Assembly: GCA_965603825.1 (NCBI GenBank)
Contig: CBFDEM010000041.1
Span: 434,001-498,000 of the forward strand
Length of the DNA stretch: 64,000 nt
From: Blepharisma stoltei ATCC 30299
Lineage: Eukaryota; Protista; Ciliophora
Direction: 5' to 3'
The notes under the pieces were generated by a model. The model had not been told where the DNA came from, ran no database searches, and was given only the letters and a program-made list of their open reading frames with translations. Within the stretch, counting starts at the first letter, position 1, and each line of letters begins with the position of its first letter. The position numbers and the translations under genes were made by a program. This document shows, one piece after another, positions 42,425-54,298 of the stretch.

Positions 42425-44041
42425 TTAAAAAAAATCATCAGGTAATATTCCAAAATGCTTCAGCCTGCATTCAAATATATTTTTTGGAAAATGATTTTCA
42501 CAGCCAATACAAGTAATTTCTGAGTACTTGCACCCAATATCAATCTTTTCTTTTATAAAAGAGGTTATTAAGTCTACATCTCAGCATTGCTCACAAAGCA
42601 TATTAAGCTCATTTCTACATATCTCACATGATTTCTTATAATTAGCAACTTCAAATGAAAGTTGAGCTTCATTAATGCAAATATTATTTTTTTCTATTTC
42701 TGGATTAGAATTTTCAAAATTTTCTTTTCTCTCAATTGAAGGTAATTTCATGCATTCCCCTTTCTTGTATAACATTTTAGTTTCTTCATTTTCTGCATTC
42801 TCAAGACTTTCAGAATTCCTACTTGAGGTTTGATAAATGTTTTTGATGCTTTCTAGGTTAAAAAATTTATTTTCTTCTGTTTCCAGAGTAGTGCTTTTAA
42901 TGTTGCTTATATTCATTCTATTAATTTCTAGGTTGCAATCATCAAAAACTTCACTGGCTTGAGAACTTTTATTTTCTTCGCTTACTTGAGGGTTATTTGA
43001 TGATGCGCAAAAGGAGGAAAGATTGCTTGCAGACACAAATTCTAATGCTTTCTGAGCATTTTGTGAGTCGGTCTTACCTTCATAAGAAGATGGCAGTAAA
43101 AAGTATTTTGCTTCAACTACTTTTTTAGTGGCAATTTCAGCAGTGCAGCTCGGATCTGATATAGATTTTGTTTCTTCATTTGCAGGTGGAAGATTTTTAA
43201 ATCTCTTACTTGCTTCTAGCATTTTGATTCTATTTTCTGCGTTAAATGCTAGCATATCTTTTATTATTTCAATTACCTCCCTTTGCACTCCGCAGTTTAT
43301 CATCTCTAGTTCGGCCCTTTTTTTTACATTATTTTCTAATTCTGCTTCTGAAATTGCTGCTTTATTATATTCATACTCTTCAAGAAGTGAATTTGGGCTG
43401 TTATAAGTAAATATTTCATATAGAGTCTTTCCAGTTGATCATGCATCTTCTTTGAATGGGTCAATCCTTTCTTCTCGTTCAATGCCCATCTTATGCAATT
43501 TTCTTAAAAACGGAGACATATATTCAACTGTCCCACCTACAGTGTGTGGACTTGGATTAACACGAATTTCTTTCATAAAATCAAAATCTGCAAGCCTTAT
43601 TTCATCTTTTCCTGTAAGTAAAATATTGTCAGGCTTTATGTCTCTATGGGCTATCTCTTTTTGATGAAGGACTGATAAGGCTTCAACTATTTCAGACGAA
43701 ATCCTTACTTTTGATTTAATGCTCCAATTCCTTCGATTCTGGATTTGGCTTGCTATACTACCATTCTTGCATAGCTCCATGAATATACAATAAAATTTTC
43801 CAATGATTTGGTCGTGGTAGTATTTTACAGTATTTGGATGGAATGAGGTAACCATTTTTAGAAAGTTAGCTTCTTTTACATAAGCTTCTTTTTGCTTATA
43901 GAATAATTTCATAATTCCTGTCTTCGGAAACCTACAGCCTCTTTCTCATTTATTGAATCTAACTTTAATTATGCTTGATCGTTGCCTGTCGCTTACATCT
44001 TCTATTCTTGTATAATCGCTATAATACGAGCTCTCATCCAT
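42425..44041 (-). CDS. Ser/Thr protein kinase with Cys-containing C-terminus
   Basis: HRDIKPDN, ADFDF, GGTVEYMSP, KEDA-W(TGA)-STG; Gly-loop is degenerate; frame is open via TGAs to TAA 42425-42427. Confidence 0.85.
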
Positions 44042-44888
44042 TTCTAATTATTATAATTCTACATAAAAGGCATTTGCAATATTTGAGATGCATTAAATTA
44101 AGACTTTTAGTAATAAGCAAACAAAGACTATAAAAGTTATATAATTTAAATAAGAATTTGCTGCATAAGAAGAGTTTTAAATGAAGTAAAACCTATAAAT
44201 TCGCAAATTGGTTAAGTATAAAAACTCATATGAAAATTTTTATTTTTGGGTAGAACTTTTCACTCTTATTTGTTTGTGCTATGGAGAGTCTTGTGTACTT
44301 TTTCTTGAATTCAATATTTGAGAAGATTATTTGTGTCTAAGCAATCTATTATATTAAATATAAAGATTTAGCCTATGAATACTAAAATTGGCCACATCAA
44401 GGTAAATAGTAAAAGAGTTGTAGACTATCTAAATATTTGATTTGTTTTGTCATTGGCATCTCTTATCTGTCTTCATGAGGAGTAAACAAATTTTTATCCA
44501 TTTTATAGATTATGAATCTACATAATCATAACTCTAAGTCTTCATATTTTATTTCAGATTTATAATAGCAATCAAAAATGAAATCAAATTCAGCTTTATT
44601 CCTAAAAATTGAATATGAATTATCAATAAGAAAGAGAAATTCAATGAAAACTTGAAAAAGAGTTAACTATTTACCCACCGAGTAAAAGATATGTATTAAA
44701 ATAAATTTTTTACAGCATTTGAAATCAAATATTACCATGCGGACTTAAGTAAATCTTTTGAGATATTGAGGTGAATGGGGGGTATAAATTATCATATGCA
44801 AATTAGAAATAATTTTTAAGAACAAGAAAATTAGATATAAGCCTCCAGATTGCATACAGAATTTCACAGAAATGCTGGTTTTAATGAT

Positions 44889-45709
44889 TTACTTTACCTT
44901 TGTTGTTACGACATTTTTAGTACTCAAATTAAGTTTATAAATTGTTTTATCGTCAAATAGCAATGCAAAGTAATTTCCATATACAATAGGATAACTCATT
45001 AAGCATTTATTGTATAGTCAGCTATTTTTCATAAAAATGCTTCAGCTATATGGATTATTCTTGCCACTTTCATAAATTTCTCCATTATAAATTGCAGCAT
45101 AAACTCTGCTTTTTGAGCAAAATATATATTTATCCCCATCATTATATCTGTCTTCGTCAAATTTTAATGCAACACAATGAGAATCAAAAAGATGTCATAT
45201 ATAAAAATATCTATTGTATTTCCTGAATATATAATTTTATTACCCAAAACATCACAACTATGCCTATCAGCTGTAGTATTAATATCTGGCAATTTAAATC
45301 ACAATTTTCTCTTAATATCATATTTTTCAAATTTATCGCTTATTCCGATACTAGAAAAGCAGCCAATTACATAAATGCACCCATTATAATAAATTGATCC
45401 AGCATAGCATGAAGATGAGCCTTTTTGTATTGCTTCTACGTTGTTAAGTTTATCTACAATAAAGCAAGTGTATTCTATAGGAAATATACCATGTGTATTG
45501 CGAAAACAAAATAATTTTTTATTAGGCAGTTTGCAAAAATTCATTTGATAAAAGGTAGTGGCATTTAAAGGCAGGCTAGGCGAATTAAGATCAAATTTTT
45601 TTGATGTTTTCGAATAAATAGGTACAGTCATAATTGAATTTGGTTCTCGTTCATTAAAGTATTTAAAATAATCGATATCTTCAGCTTTTTCATCAGCTTT
45701 AGTAGACAT
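44889..45709 (-). pseudogene. Kelch-like protein, paralog-like to the 32263 gene, with one frameshift in a T5 run near 45188
   Basis: FCKLPNKKLFC, IYVIG..EKYDIKRKL-W-FKLP; resumes in another frame (SRVYAAIYNGEIYESG). Could be an assembly indel. Confidence 0.65.
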
Positions 45710-45740
45710 TTTATAATAAAATAGCATATTATAAACTTAA

Positions 45741-47636
45741 ATGAATAAAATCCCCGACCCTGTGCTTGCAGAAATTCTTACAGCTGTGGGTCATTTTAGT
45801 GAAATAAACAACTTAGCATCAGTCTGTAAAAGATGATTGCGCTTATTAAAAAAAGCTGGGCATCATGTATCATTTGAGGGTACTTTTAACCCAACAAAAT
45901 TGCAAAGCAGCATAAATATAGGAAAATATTTACGGATTTTTACATCAAGGCTAAAAATACTTTCTCTCAGTTTAAGAAACATTACTATCAGCAGTGCCTT
46001 TGAAATCCAACTTTTAGCTGAAGCTTTGGTTTTTCAATCTTCGTGACTAGAAACTCTTGATTTGACCAACAATGATGATTTTGATTTAGCACTTTTATGG
46101 ACAACTGTATTAGATTTATTAGATATAAAAGCAAAAAAAAATATAAATTGTGTATTTACTTTAAAAACTTTAAAAATTACGAATTATCATAAAGACACCA
46201 AATTTTATTTAATAACCAAGATTTTTCCAAATTTACAAAAATTCTATGCTGGGAATTCAGAAATGAATTTAAATGATTTTAAATATATTATTGAAAACCT
46301 GAAATACTTAGAATTACTTGATGTGAGCTATTGCACGTTTATCATAAATGCTTCAAATGTTTTTTATAATTTAAAAGAACTTTTAGAAGGGTTAAAGCTA
46401 AAAATTTTTATTGGAGATTGCAAATTTGGAGCCCTAATTGACTTGCAACAAATAAATTCAATAGAATTGATAAAAACAACCATACATGATATTTTGAGTA
46501 ATTTAGAGAATAAATGAGATTTATTGAGATTAGAAGAGTTCTTAAACAAAGGAGGCGATGTTAATTTATTTAAATATAACCAATTTGGGAAAAGACGGAA
46601 AAAAACCAAATCAGCGCAAATAAAATTAATAAAAAAATTAAGTGATAGCAGTTTGCTCGAAGAGACTTTTAGCATTATGATCAGATATGGGCTTGATTTA
46701 AATTTTTTTTCTAACTCTTCTGGGCATACTCTTTTAAATTGGGCTATAAAATTCAAGAGGCAAGGTTTAGTGGAAATGTTACTCAATGCTAGAGCCAGCA
46801 CATATACCCCAAATTGATCTATATACGAAGATAAATATTATGGAAATTGGCCTTCTTTACTTTATGCATTGCGAGTAAAAAACACCGAAATTCTTCCATT
46901 ATTTTTTAAGTTCGGGCTAGAAAAATTTGATTATTTTAATCTAAATACCAAATTTAAATGCAATCCCCTATGCTTAACAATAAGAAAATCAACTTTAGAA
47001 GCTTATCCAAAATTCATAAACGAAATAAGTCCAAATTACCGTTGCAGTGATGATGCACATATGGACGAAATTATCCTTCTATTAAAAAATTCCCAAGGTA
47101 TTAATAAATATCCACTAAATTGGGTCTATAATGCAACTCGCCGCTTAATAGTGTCGAATTGACATTATGGTTGAAAATTAGGCTTTATCCAATATCTCGT
47201 AAGTTACAATATTCAAAATATGGAATTGGTATTAATAAGTCCCGAAGACTATAAAAACATGGTGGCTCGACCATTGATAATGCTTGCTGCATATAAAGGT
47301 GACTTAGATATACTGACTTATTTATTAGATAATGGTTTTGATATAAACAATAGAGATAATTATAAAAGAAATGCATTATTTGATGCAATTGCTCAAGAAA
47401 ATTTAGAAATGGTTAGGAAATTGTGTGAATTTGGAATAAACATAAACAACCAAGATCGAAATGGAGAAACGCCACTTCATCAAGCAATGAAATTTCAAAA
47501 TATTGAAATAATAAAAGAGCTTATTAAGAATGGAGCAGACTTATCCATAAAATCAAATTCAGGATTGGATTCACAGTTTTATGCTATGAAGTATCGGCTA
47601 AATGAAATACTTGGAATATCAACGCCGACATTATAA
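45741..47636 (+). CDS. F-box, LRR-like and ankyrin-repeat protein (631 aa)
   Basis: IPDPVLAEIL..LASVCKR-W(TGA); LELLDVSYC; GETPLHQA; six in-frame TGAs join five ORFs. Confidence 0.85.
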
Positions 47637-47816
47637 TATTAAAATAGGCATTAAATATTTCACAAATTATATAATCTGATTCCAAATTTTTATTTATGCA
47701 TATATTTAATTTACATAAAGGAAAAGGAACAAATATAATTATTACAAACAAATATGAAATAAAATCGTTTTAAAATCTAATAATTGCATTTTTTCTTAAT
47801 CAATTTGATTTTGGAG

Positions 47817-48941
47817 ATGGAAACTCAAATATGCTCATTTCTAAAATGCGATAGGCCAGCAACATCTTTATGCAAAACATGCCAGGACACTTATCTATGC
47901 AGAACCCATATACAAGAGCACGCTGATTCCTCAGATGAAGACCACCTTATTAAGTCCATCTCAAAAAGACTTTTAAATGAGATAACTCTTATTAATAACC
48001 TTAAACAAGCAAAAGCAAAGATTGAAAAAGCTAAAGAAAACGCTATAAGCATCTTTGCTAATTGCATTGAAAATCTTGAAAATTTGTTTACAGAAAGCAT
48101 GGAGGCCTTACAAATGGAATCAGACAAGATCAGTGCAAAAATTGAATGCGTTTTAAATGGAGAAAATATCAATCACCAAGAAGTTGTTGAATATTTAATT
48201 AAACTACCAGACAGCTTGCTTGAGGAAGAAGTTTATGCATATAAGATATTTGAATCTATTTCTAATATATCAAAAATGATAAATTGCTCTAGGACAGCTG
48301 AAATTGATTTGAGATGTAAATACTTTGTAGCTTTAGCTAATGAACTCAATTGTGCTTGAGATGAATTAATGCGCATTGAAAAAAGTGAAAAAATCACTTT
48401 AAAAATAATAATTTCAAATGGAAAAGAGAAAATAAGCAAAAAAATTGACGCTTATTCTGGCTGAAAAGTCTCAGCTTTATTTTGAAAAATTAATGTTTTA
48501 TGTGGAATTTCTATTGAAAAGAGTATCATCACCTATAGAGATTTATATTTAAATTACCAACAAAGTAAGAATTTTCATCTTTCTGAGTCTCTTTTTGAAG
48601 ATAATGATACTATTTATATTTTATTAGACACAAATGAAATTAATAAATCAGAAAGAGCTGATTGTGCATTATCTATTGATCCATATTTTCAAAAGAGGGA
48701 TACAATAATATTGCATCTTAAATCTACTGAAGGCTTAAGATGAACTATAGAAACATCTTTAATGGCTAATTATTCAGAATTAGCAAAACAAATATATTTT
48801 GCTTTCGGTATTAAAACAGAAGATCAAAGAATAAATTATCAAGGAAAAAGTCTCACATCTCAAGATTTCAAAACTATGACACTTAAAGATTTGAATTTTA
48901 AGAACTATTCGTCAATCCGGGTTTCTAAAGCCACAAATTAA
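47817..48941 (+). CDS. B-box-like zinc finger, coiled coil and two ubiquitin-like domains
   Basis: CSFLKC..CKTC..LCRTH..EH; C-terminal GIKTEDQRINYQGKSL..TLKDLNF is ubiquitin-like; four TGAs. Confidence 0.7.
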
Positions 48942-49055
48942 TATAGCTAAGTCATTTATTCAAAGATTTATATCTTTATTCAATTATATTACATAGAGCA
49001 ATAACTAATAACTATAATATATATTATGCTTATGAATCTTTTAGAATTTATGATT

Positions 49056-51557
49056 TTAAGGAGTATTTAAGCCCTTGCAGTCTTGAATTTCTAATTCACC
49101 ATTTATTGAAGTCCATATCAAATCAGCCATTTCTTCAGTTTTCACACCTTGTATTAAATAAGGCTGAAGATTTCATTTTTTTATAGTTTTATCTTCGCTG
49201 CTTGAGTACAAGAAATTTCCGCATTTTGAAAAACAAATTGAAGTAACCATGCCTTTATGGCCTTTAAATTCCTTAATTTCCATACCAGTTTCAAAATTCC
49301 ACGAAATAATTTTCCCGTCCGCACTACAAGAAGCAATAATATCTCCAAAAGGTGAAAACTCTACAGAAAAAACATAATGATTATGCCCTATAAGCGTTTT
49401 TAGAGGTACATCTAGATTTTCAATAGATCATATTACCACAGTTTTATTTGATCCACTAACGACCAAATACATTTCGCAATAAGAAAAAGAAACTGAATAA
49501 ACGCAGCTTTGATTGCTGTTAATCAATCTATTTTTTCATTGATAGTTCTCTTGAAACCAAATATCGACACCACCGTTAGATTTTCCTACGGCAATATAAT
49601 TCCCTTGCTGTGAAACCGATATCGATTTTATGATTCCTTGAGAGCCTTCTAAATTAATTTTATGCTTTTTGCTTCCTAAATCATAAATCGTTATCGAATT
49701 CTTATTCCAGCCAGCCAATAATGAATTATTTGGTAGAAATGATAATGAATAAGTAACATTGCCTTCCATAATTGTCGATAATTCTGTCAGATTATCGATG
49801 CTCCATATTTTAACTGATTCACTTGCAGATGCAAGATATCTGCCACAATAAGAAAAAGCTAGGGATTCAATTCTTTTCTTATGGCCTATAAAATCTTTTA
49901 TTAATTTCATATTTGATGCATCTCATAATTTTATTATTTTATCATTTCCTCCTGATGCAATATAACTTCCACATTTAGATACTACTACTTTGTTAACGCT
50001 TTCTTTGTGCCCATCAAAATTTACTTTCCTTTGAAATCAATCAATTTTTCACATAAATATAGACGTTTTTCTGCAAATGCATGCTAGATATGCATCATTT
50101 ACATTTAAACAGAAATATTTATCGAATCGATTTTTCAGTGAATTTTGCCATACTAAGGATGTTTTTCATGGATCCCATACAGAAATATTGCATGCTTCTG
50201 ATAGTAAAATGAGGAATTTTCCTGTATTTGTATAAATTAGCTCATTTATAGAATCTTCATTATACTTTGCAAGCAGCGTGGTTTTAACTTCTTTCTTCTC
50301 CAAATTTATTTTTCTTAATTCTACTTCTCCTTTATTACTAGCTGAAGCAATTAAGTATTTTCCGATTGGGCAAAATGCTGCTGCATGTAAATATATAGTG
50401 CTATAACCATATTTTCTAGTATCATCAGGACCTACTGGGCAAATACAAACATCTTTTTCAGAATAAACGTGTTTTATCCTAATAAAACCATCACTGCACA
50501 TATAAGCAATATATTCGCCACAAGGAGAAAACATTAGATTAGATATAGTATATAATAGATCAGCAACTTTATATATTTTCATCATAGGATTTGTCTTTCA
50601 TACTTCAATAGAATTATCTTCCCAAATAGCAAAATTATTTTTACAAATAGAAATTGTAAAATAAAACCTTTCATATTCCAAGTTGCTATAAATCGTATGA
50701 AATTCTTCAGTTTCTAGATCTACAACATCAAGCATACTCACTTGCCAGCTACTCTTACCTAAAGTTGTAAAGATTTTTTGAGAGTTTAAAAAAGTAATTG
50801 AAATTATATTAAGCTCCTGATATGAGAATTCTTTTACTTTGCAACGGAGATTGAAATCTCACAACTCTATTTTCTGATTGCTGCCACCTGTTGCTAACCA
50901 TTTTCCACATGGGGAAAGTGCTAAAGAATTAAACGTGGTTTTATCAGAGCGAATTGTCTGAGCTTCTTTAAAATCCAAATTTTCCATATTGCAGCCTTCA
51001 AAATTAGTAAAATTTAATGATGAATGTGATAAATCTGCACCAAATAAATCACTATTCTGGATATCTGTGTTAATAAATAAGGATCCTGATAAATTAGCAT
51101 GAGGAATTTTAACATCTTTCATATTTTTGCCTATGAATTGAAATCCAGATTGATTTAAAAAACTTACAGCGTTTGATGCAGCTATATTAATTAAGCTTGT
51201 TTCTCTTGACATTAAAATTATTTTATAGAGAATTTCTTGGTCAGTTGGTTTTAATTTTTCTTTGAGGCTTGAACATATTTCTTTATCATTTTGCAAAGGT
51301 ATTGCATTTAAATAAGAGTTTTTAACACTATCTATAGACTCTCATAAAGGCAAGTCTCTAATAATTTTATTTGCTAATCTTTCTTTCAGATTATAAAGAG
51401 TAATAATCTTTCCTCTATTAGTGGTGGAAGTTAATATATGTAATCTTGGAGATTCTGTGCTTTGAAAAAGTGAAAATGGTCTTTTGCAAGTTTCAGATAA
51501 GTCTCGAATATTTGATAAAAGTGCATTGAAAGTTTTCAGTTGCTCGTCTAAGTACAT
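49056..51557 (-). CDS. Pentapeptide-repeat and WD40 protein (833 aa)
   Basis: AASNAVSFLN..IPHANLSGSLF..GADLS; many GH..WD repeats whose terminal Trp is often TGA. Confidence 0.87.
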
Positions 51558-51588
51558 CCTAATTTCTATTGAAAATTATTGAATTTAA

Positions 51589-52854
51589 ATGGAAAGCTGT
51601 GGATATATTCCATGCAGCCAAGAAATTCAATATACATGCCAAACTTGCTCAATAGTTCTATGTAAGAAGCATTTGAAAGCCCATATGACTTCATCAAGTT
51701 TTCCTCATTTAATACAATCTTTTGACCCAATTAAAGCAAAAAGGAAAATACTTTTGGACCATTTTGGCGATGAAAGAAAGAGCCTTGAAAAACTCCAAGA
51801 AGGGATTCTTAACTCTTATTCAAAGTGCATTAGAAATTTAGAAAAAATCATCACTCAGAGTATAAACAATTTCAATACTGAAATAGAAGAAATTAATACC
51901 CAGTGCAATTTAGTTAATGAGGCAGCTAAGATTTCTAAATATGAAGCTGATCCTGTTCTTAAAGCATTTAATATGAAAATTGAAGAAATTAGTGACTATT
52001 TAGATACTCGGCCTAAGCCATCATCTGGCTTAAACCATCATATTTTAAAGTTTTTCGAACATCTTGAGGAAGTAACAGATTATATTGAGAAAAATTCTAA
52101 TTCAGTGAACTATAGCTATCTCCTTAGCCTAATCAACGAATTTGAAAATATAATAGATGAAAAAAGACTATTTCTTGACGACAATACAGTTCTTTTAAAT
52201 TTTGAAAATCGGCAAAGCAAAAAATTCACCATTAACGTAAATCTTAATTGAAAGATTCCTGTGATATTTCCCGCTATTATTGATGCTTATAACTTATCAG
52301 ATATATCGTTTGGAATTTATTATAAGAACCAAGAACTGAATAATAGACTTTATAAATATAAAAGGCTCAATAATATCAATGTTAGAAATGACTCTACATT
52401 AAAAGTTATACCATACGAATACAAAAAATTCGGCAAAGACTTCAAATGTTTTGAAATACCTTTCATTCAACAAGGAGAGCAATTTAAAATTAATAATCTC
52501 TATTCAAATATAAATAATGAAGACTCAAAAACATCCATAAGAGACCTTGAAGATCCTTGAGGTGAAGTTAATAGAATAGAAGAAACGGAAAAACTTAAAA
52601 GTTCTGAAATCGTTATAATTAGATATGAGGATGAGCAAGGAACTGAATGAAATTTCGAAACAGATATCAATTTAACTTTATCAGATTTAAACTGATCAAT
52701 TAAAAACTTATGTGGAGAAGAGATGAATGGTAATGATCTTATTTATAACAATAGAAGAATCCCATTTGATAAAAACTGTAAAAAGAAGTTGAAAAATGTA
52801 GGAATTAAGCAGAATGGCACACTTCTAATTTTAACTAACTATAAGTTTTGTTAG
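51589..52854 (+). CDS. B-box-like zinc finger, coiled coil and two ubiquitin-like domains (paralog of 47817)
   Basis: CGYIPC..CQTC..LCKKH..AH; IYYKNQEL and LIYNNRRI..LKNVGIKQNGTLLI; four TGAs; ends TAG. Confidence 0.7.
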
Positions 52855-53093
52855 GTCATTATTATATTTTCAAAAATAGTATGTAATAATACATTAAGAT
52901 ATGCTTATATGTTAATTTATTTAAACCAGCAATTTAGAATGAATAATAATAAGATTAAAATTGCTATAAAATCTTATCTGTAATTCGACTAATAATTGAT
53001 AATTGTAATATTGTATGCAATGCAATTATAGTTTTATAATTATGCTTTGTAATTAAATGTAATAATTTCATTATTTTTAATCTTAATAATTAA

Positions 53094-53323
53094 ATGGGAA
53101 TTGCTCATATTCTAAATACCATCTATCAGGCAAGCATATATGTCAGAATTGCTCAATAATTGTTTGCCAGAAGCATTCCATTACACTTTTTGATAGTGAG
53201 CACTCATCTGAAATTGATCAATTTTTTTGACTCTCTCGAAAATTTAGCAAATTTTTCAAGCGATGTCTAGGAGTAAAACGTAGAAATTCAAAGAACAAGC
53301 ATACATGATTATTTGATAGTTAG
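53094..53323 (+). pseudogene. Degenerate 5' remnant of a third B-box gene
   Basis: atg-gg-aat-tgc (frameshift), then CSYSKYHLSGKHICQNCSIIVCQKH, similar to CGYIPCSQEIQYTCQTCSIVLCKKH. Confidence 0.55.
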
Positions 53324-54096
53324 GATAATTTTATAATAAAATAACCCTAGATTTTTGCAATTCTAGGACAGCAAGATTGCTGATTTTATAGTTTAAGAAG
53401 ATTTATTTAAGAATTACTAAAATCTATTAAAGCTTAGTAGACTCTCTATTCCATCAATTTATAATTTAAAGATGTTCAAATCAATCCCTAAATATTCCTT
53501 TATCAGTGGTAGCCCTATAGCAAAATTAATCACAATCCAAATTGTGTTAAATAAGCTTACAGGGAGAATTATAAGCACAATAATTGATCCAAGAATTCTA
53601 AATAGCTTTTTCCATTGCATATCTCTTATGAGGTAAATTGGTAGCAAAATCATAGACCCAAAAAAGAAGACAAGCAATTTTTCAAAAAATCATCTTATCC
53701 AGCTGCCATCCTTATGTTTATATATAAAAATGGTGTTACGAACTAATCTAATTTCTTAGTATTGTAGCCAGGTGGGCTTATTGGGAGATTAGGACCTTTT
53801 GAAAGTGATAGTGATGTCTGTATAGGCAATAATTGAATTAGAAGTTAAAAAAATTATCTTAAAAATAATAATGCAAATAAAATATTCTTATAAAAGTTAC
53901 ATTTAATACAATTTTGTTAAGTCAAGAAAACATAAGTATTATAATATCAATAATATAAGTTAATTAAATGTTTCAACTCTAAATAGAGATCATTTATATA
54001 TGCTTAATTAGTAGATCTAAGTCATTTTATATTTTACTCTTATTCAATTTAGTTTTTTTTTTCTTTAAACCAAATAAAATTTTGCTCCCTTTATTA

Positions 54097-54223
54097 TACT
54101 CCACCGAGATCAGAATGCTGAAGCCGGGGACCATTCAAATCAAGACCAGATGGGGTAAAACGCAAACTAGAGACTGAAGCCGTATAGGTGATGTGATTGT
54201 GGACGCTAGACGCTGAAAGTCTA
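54097..54223 (+). ncRNA. Candidate structured ncRNA (C/D-box-like motifs); family and strand uncertain
   Basis: About 48% GC island in very AT-rich intergenic DNA; several stems; CTGA/GTGATG motifs. Confidence 0.3.
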
Positions 54224-54298
54224 ACTAATATCTTTTATTATACAAAATTCGGCCATTATAACTTTTGATTCTACAAATATGATTTCCATTATATAATT

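Noticed and set aside
53459-53745. Small hydrophobic ORF on the minus strand
   Set aside because: No convincing ATG before an upstream TAA and no recognisable domain; may be a gene relic.
54140-54170. U5 loop-like gcgttttac or a telomerase template on the minus strand
   Set aside because: Mismatch to the invariant GCCUUUUAC, no flanking stem, and no match to a CCCTAACA-type repeat.
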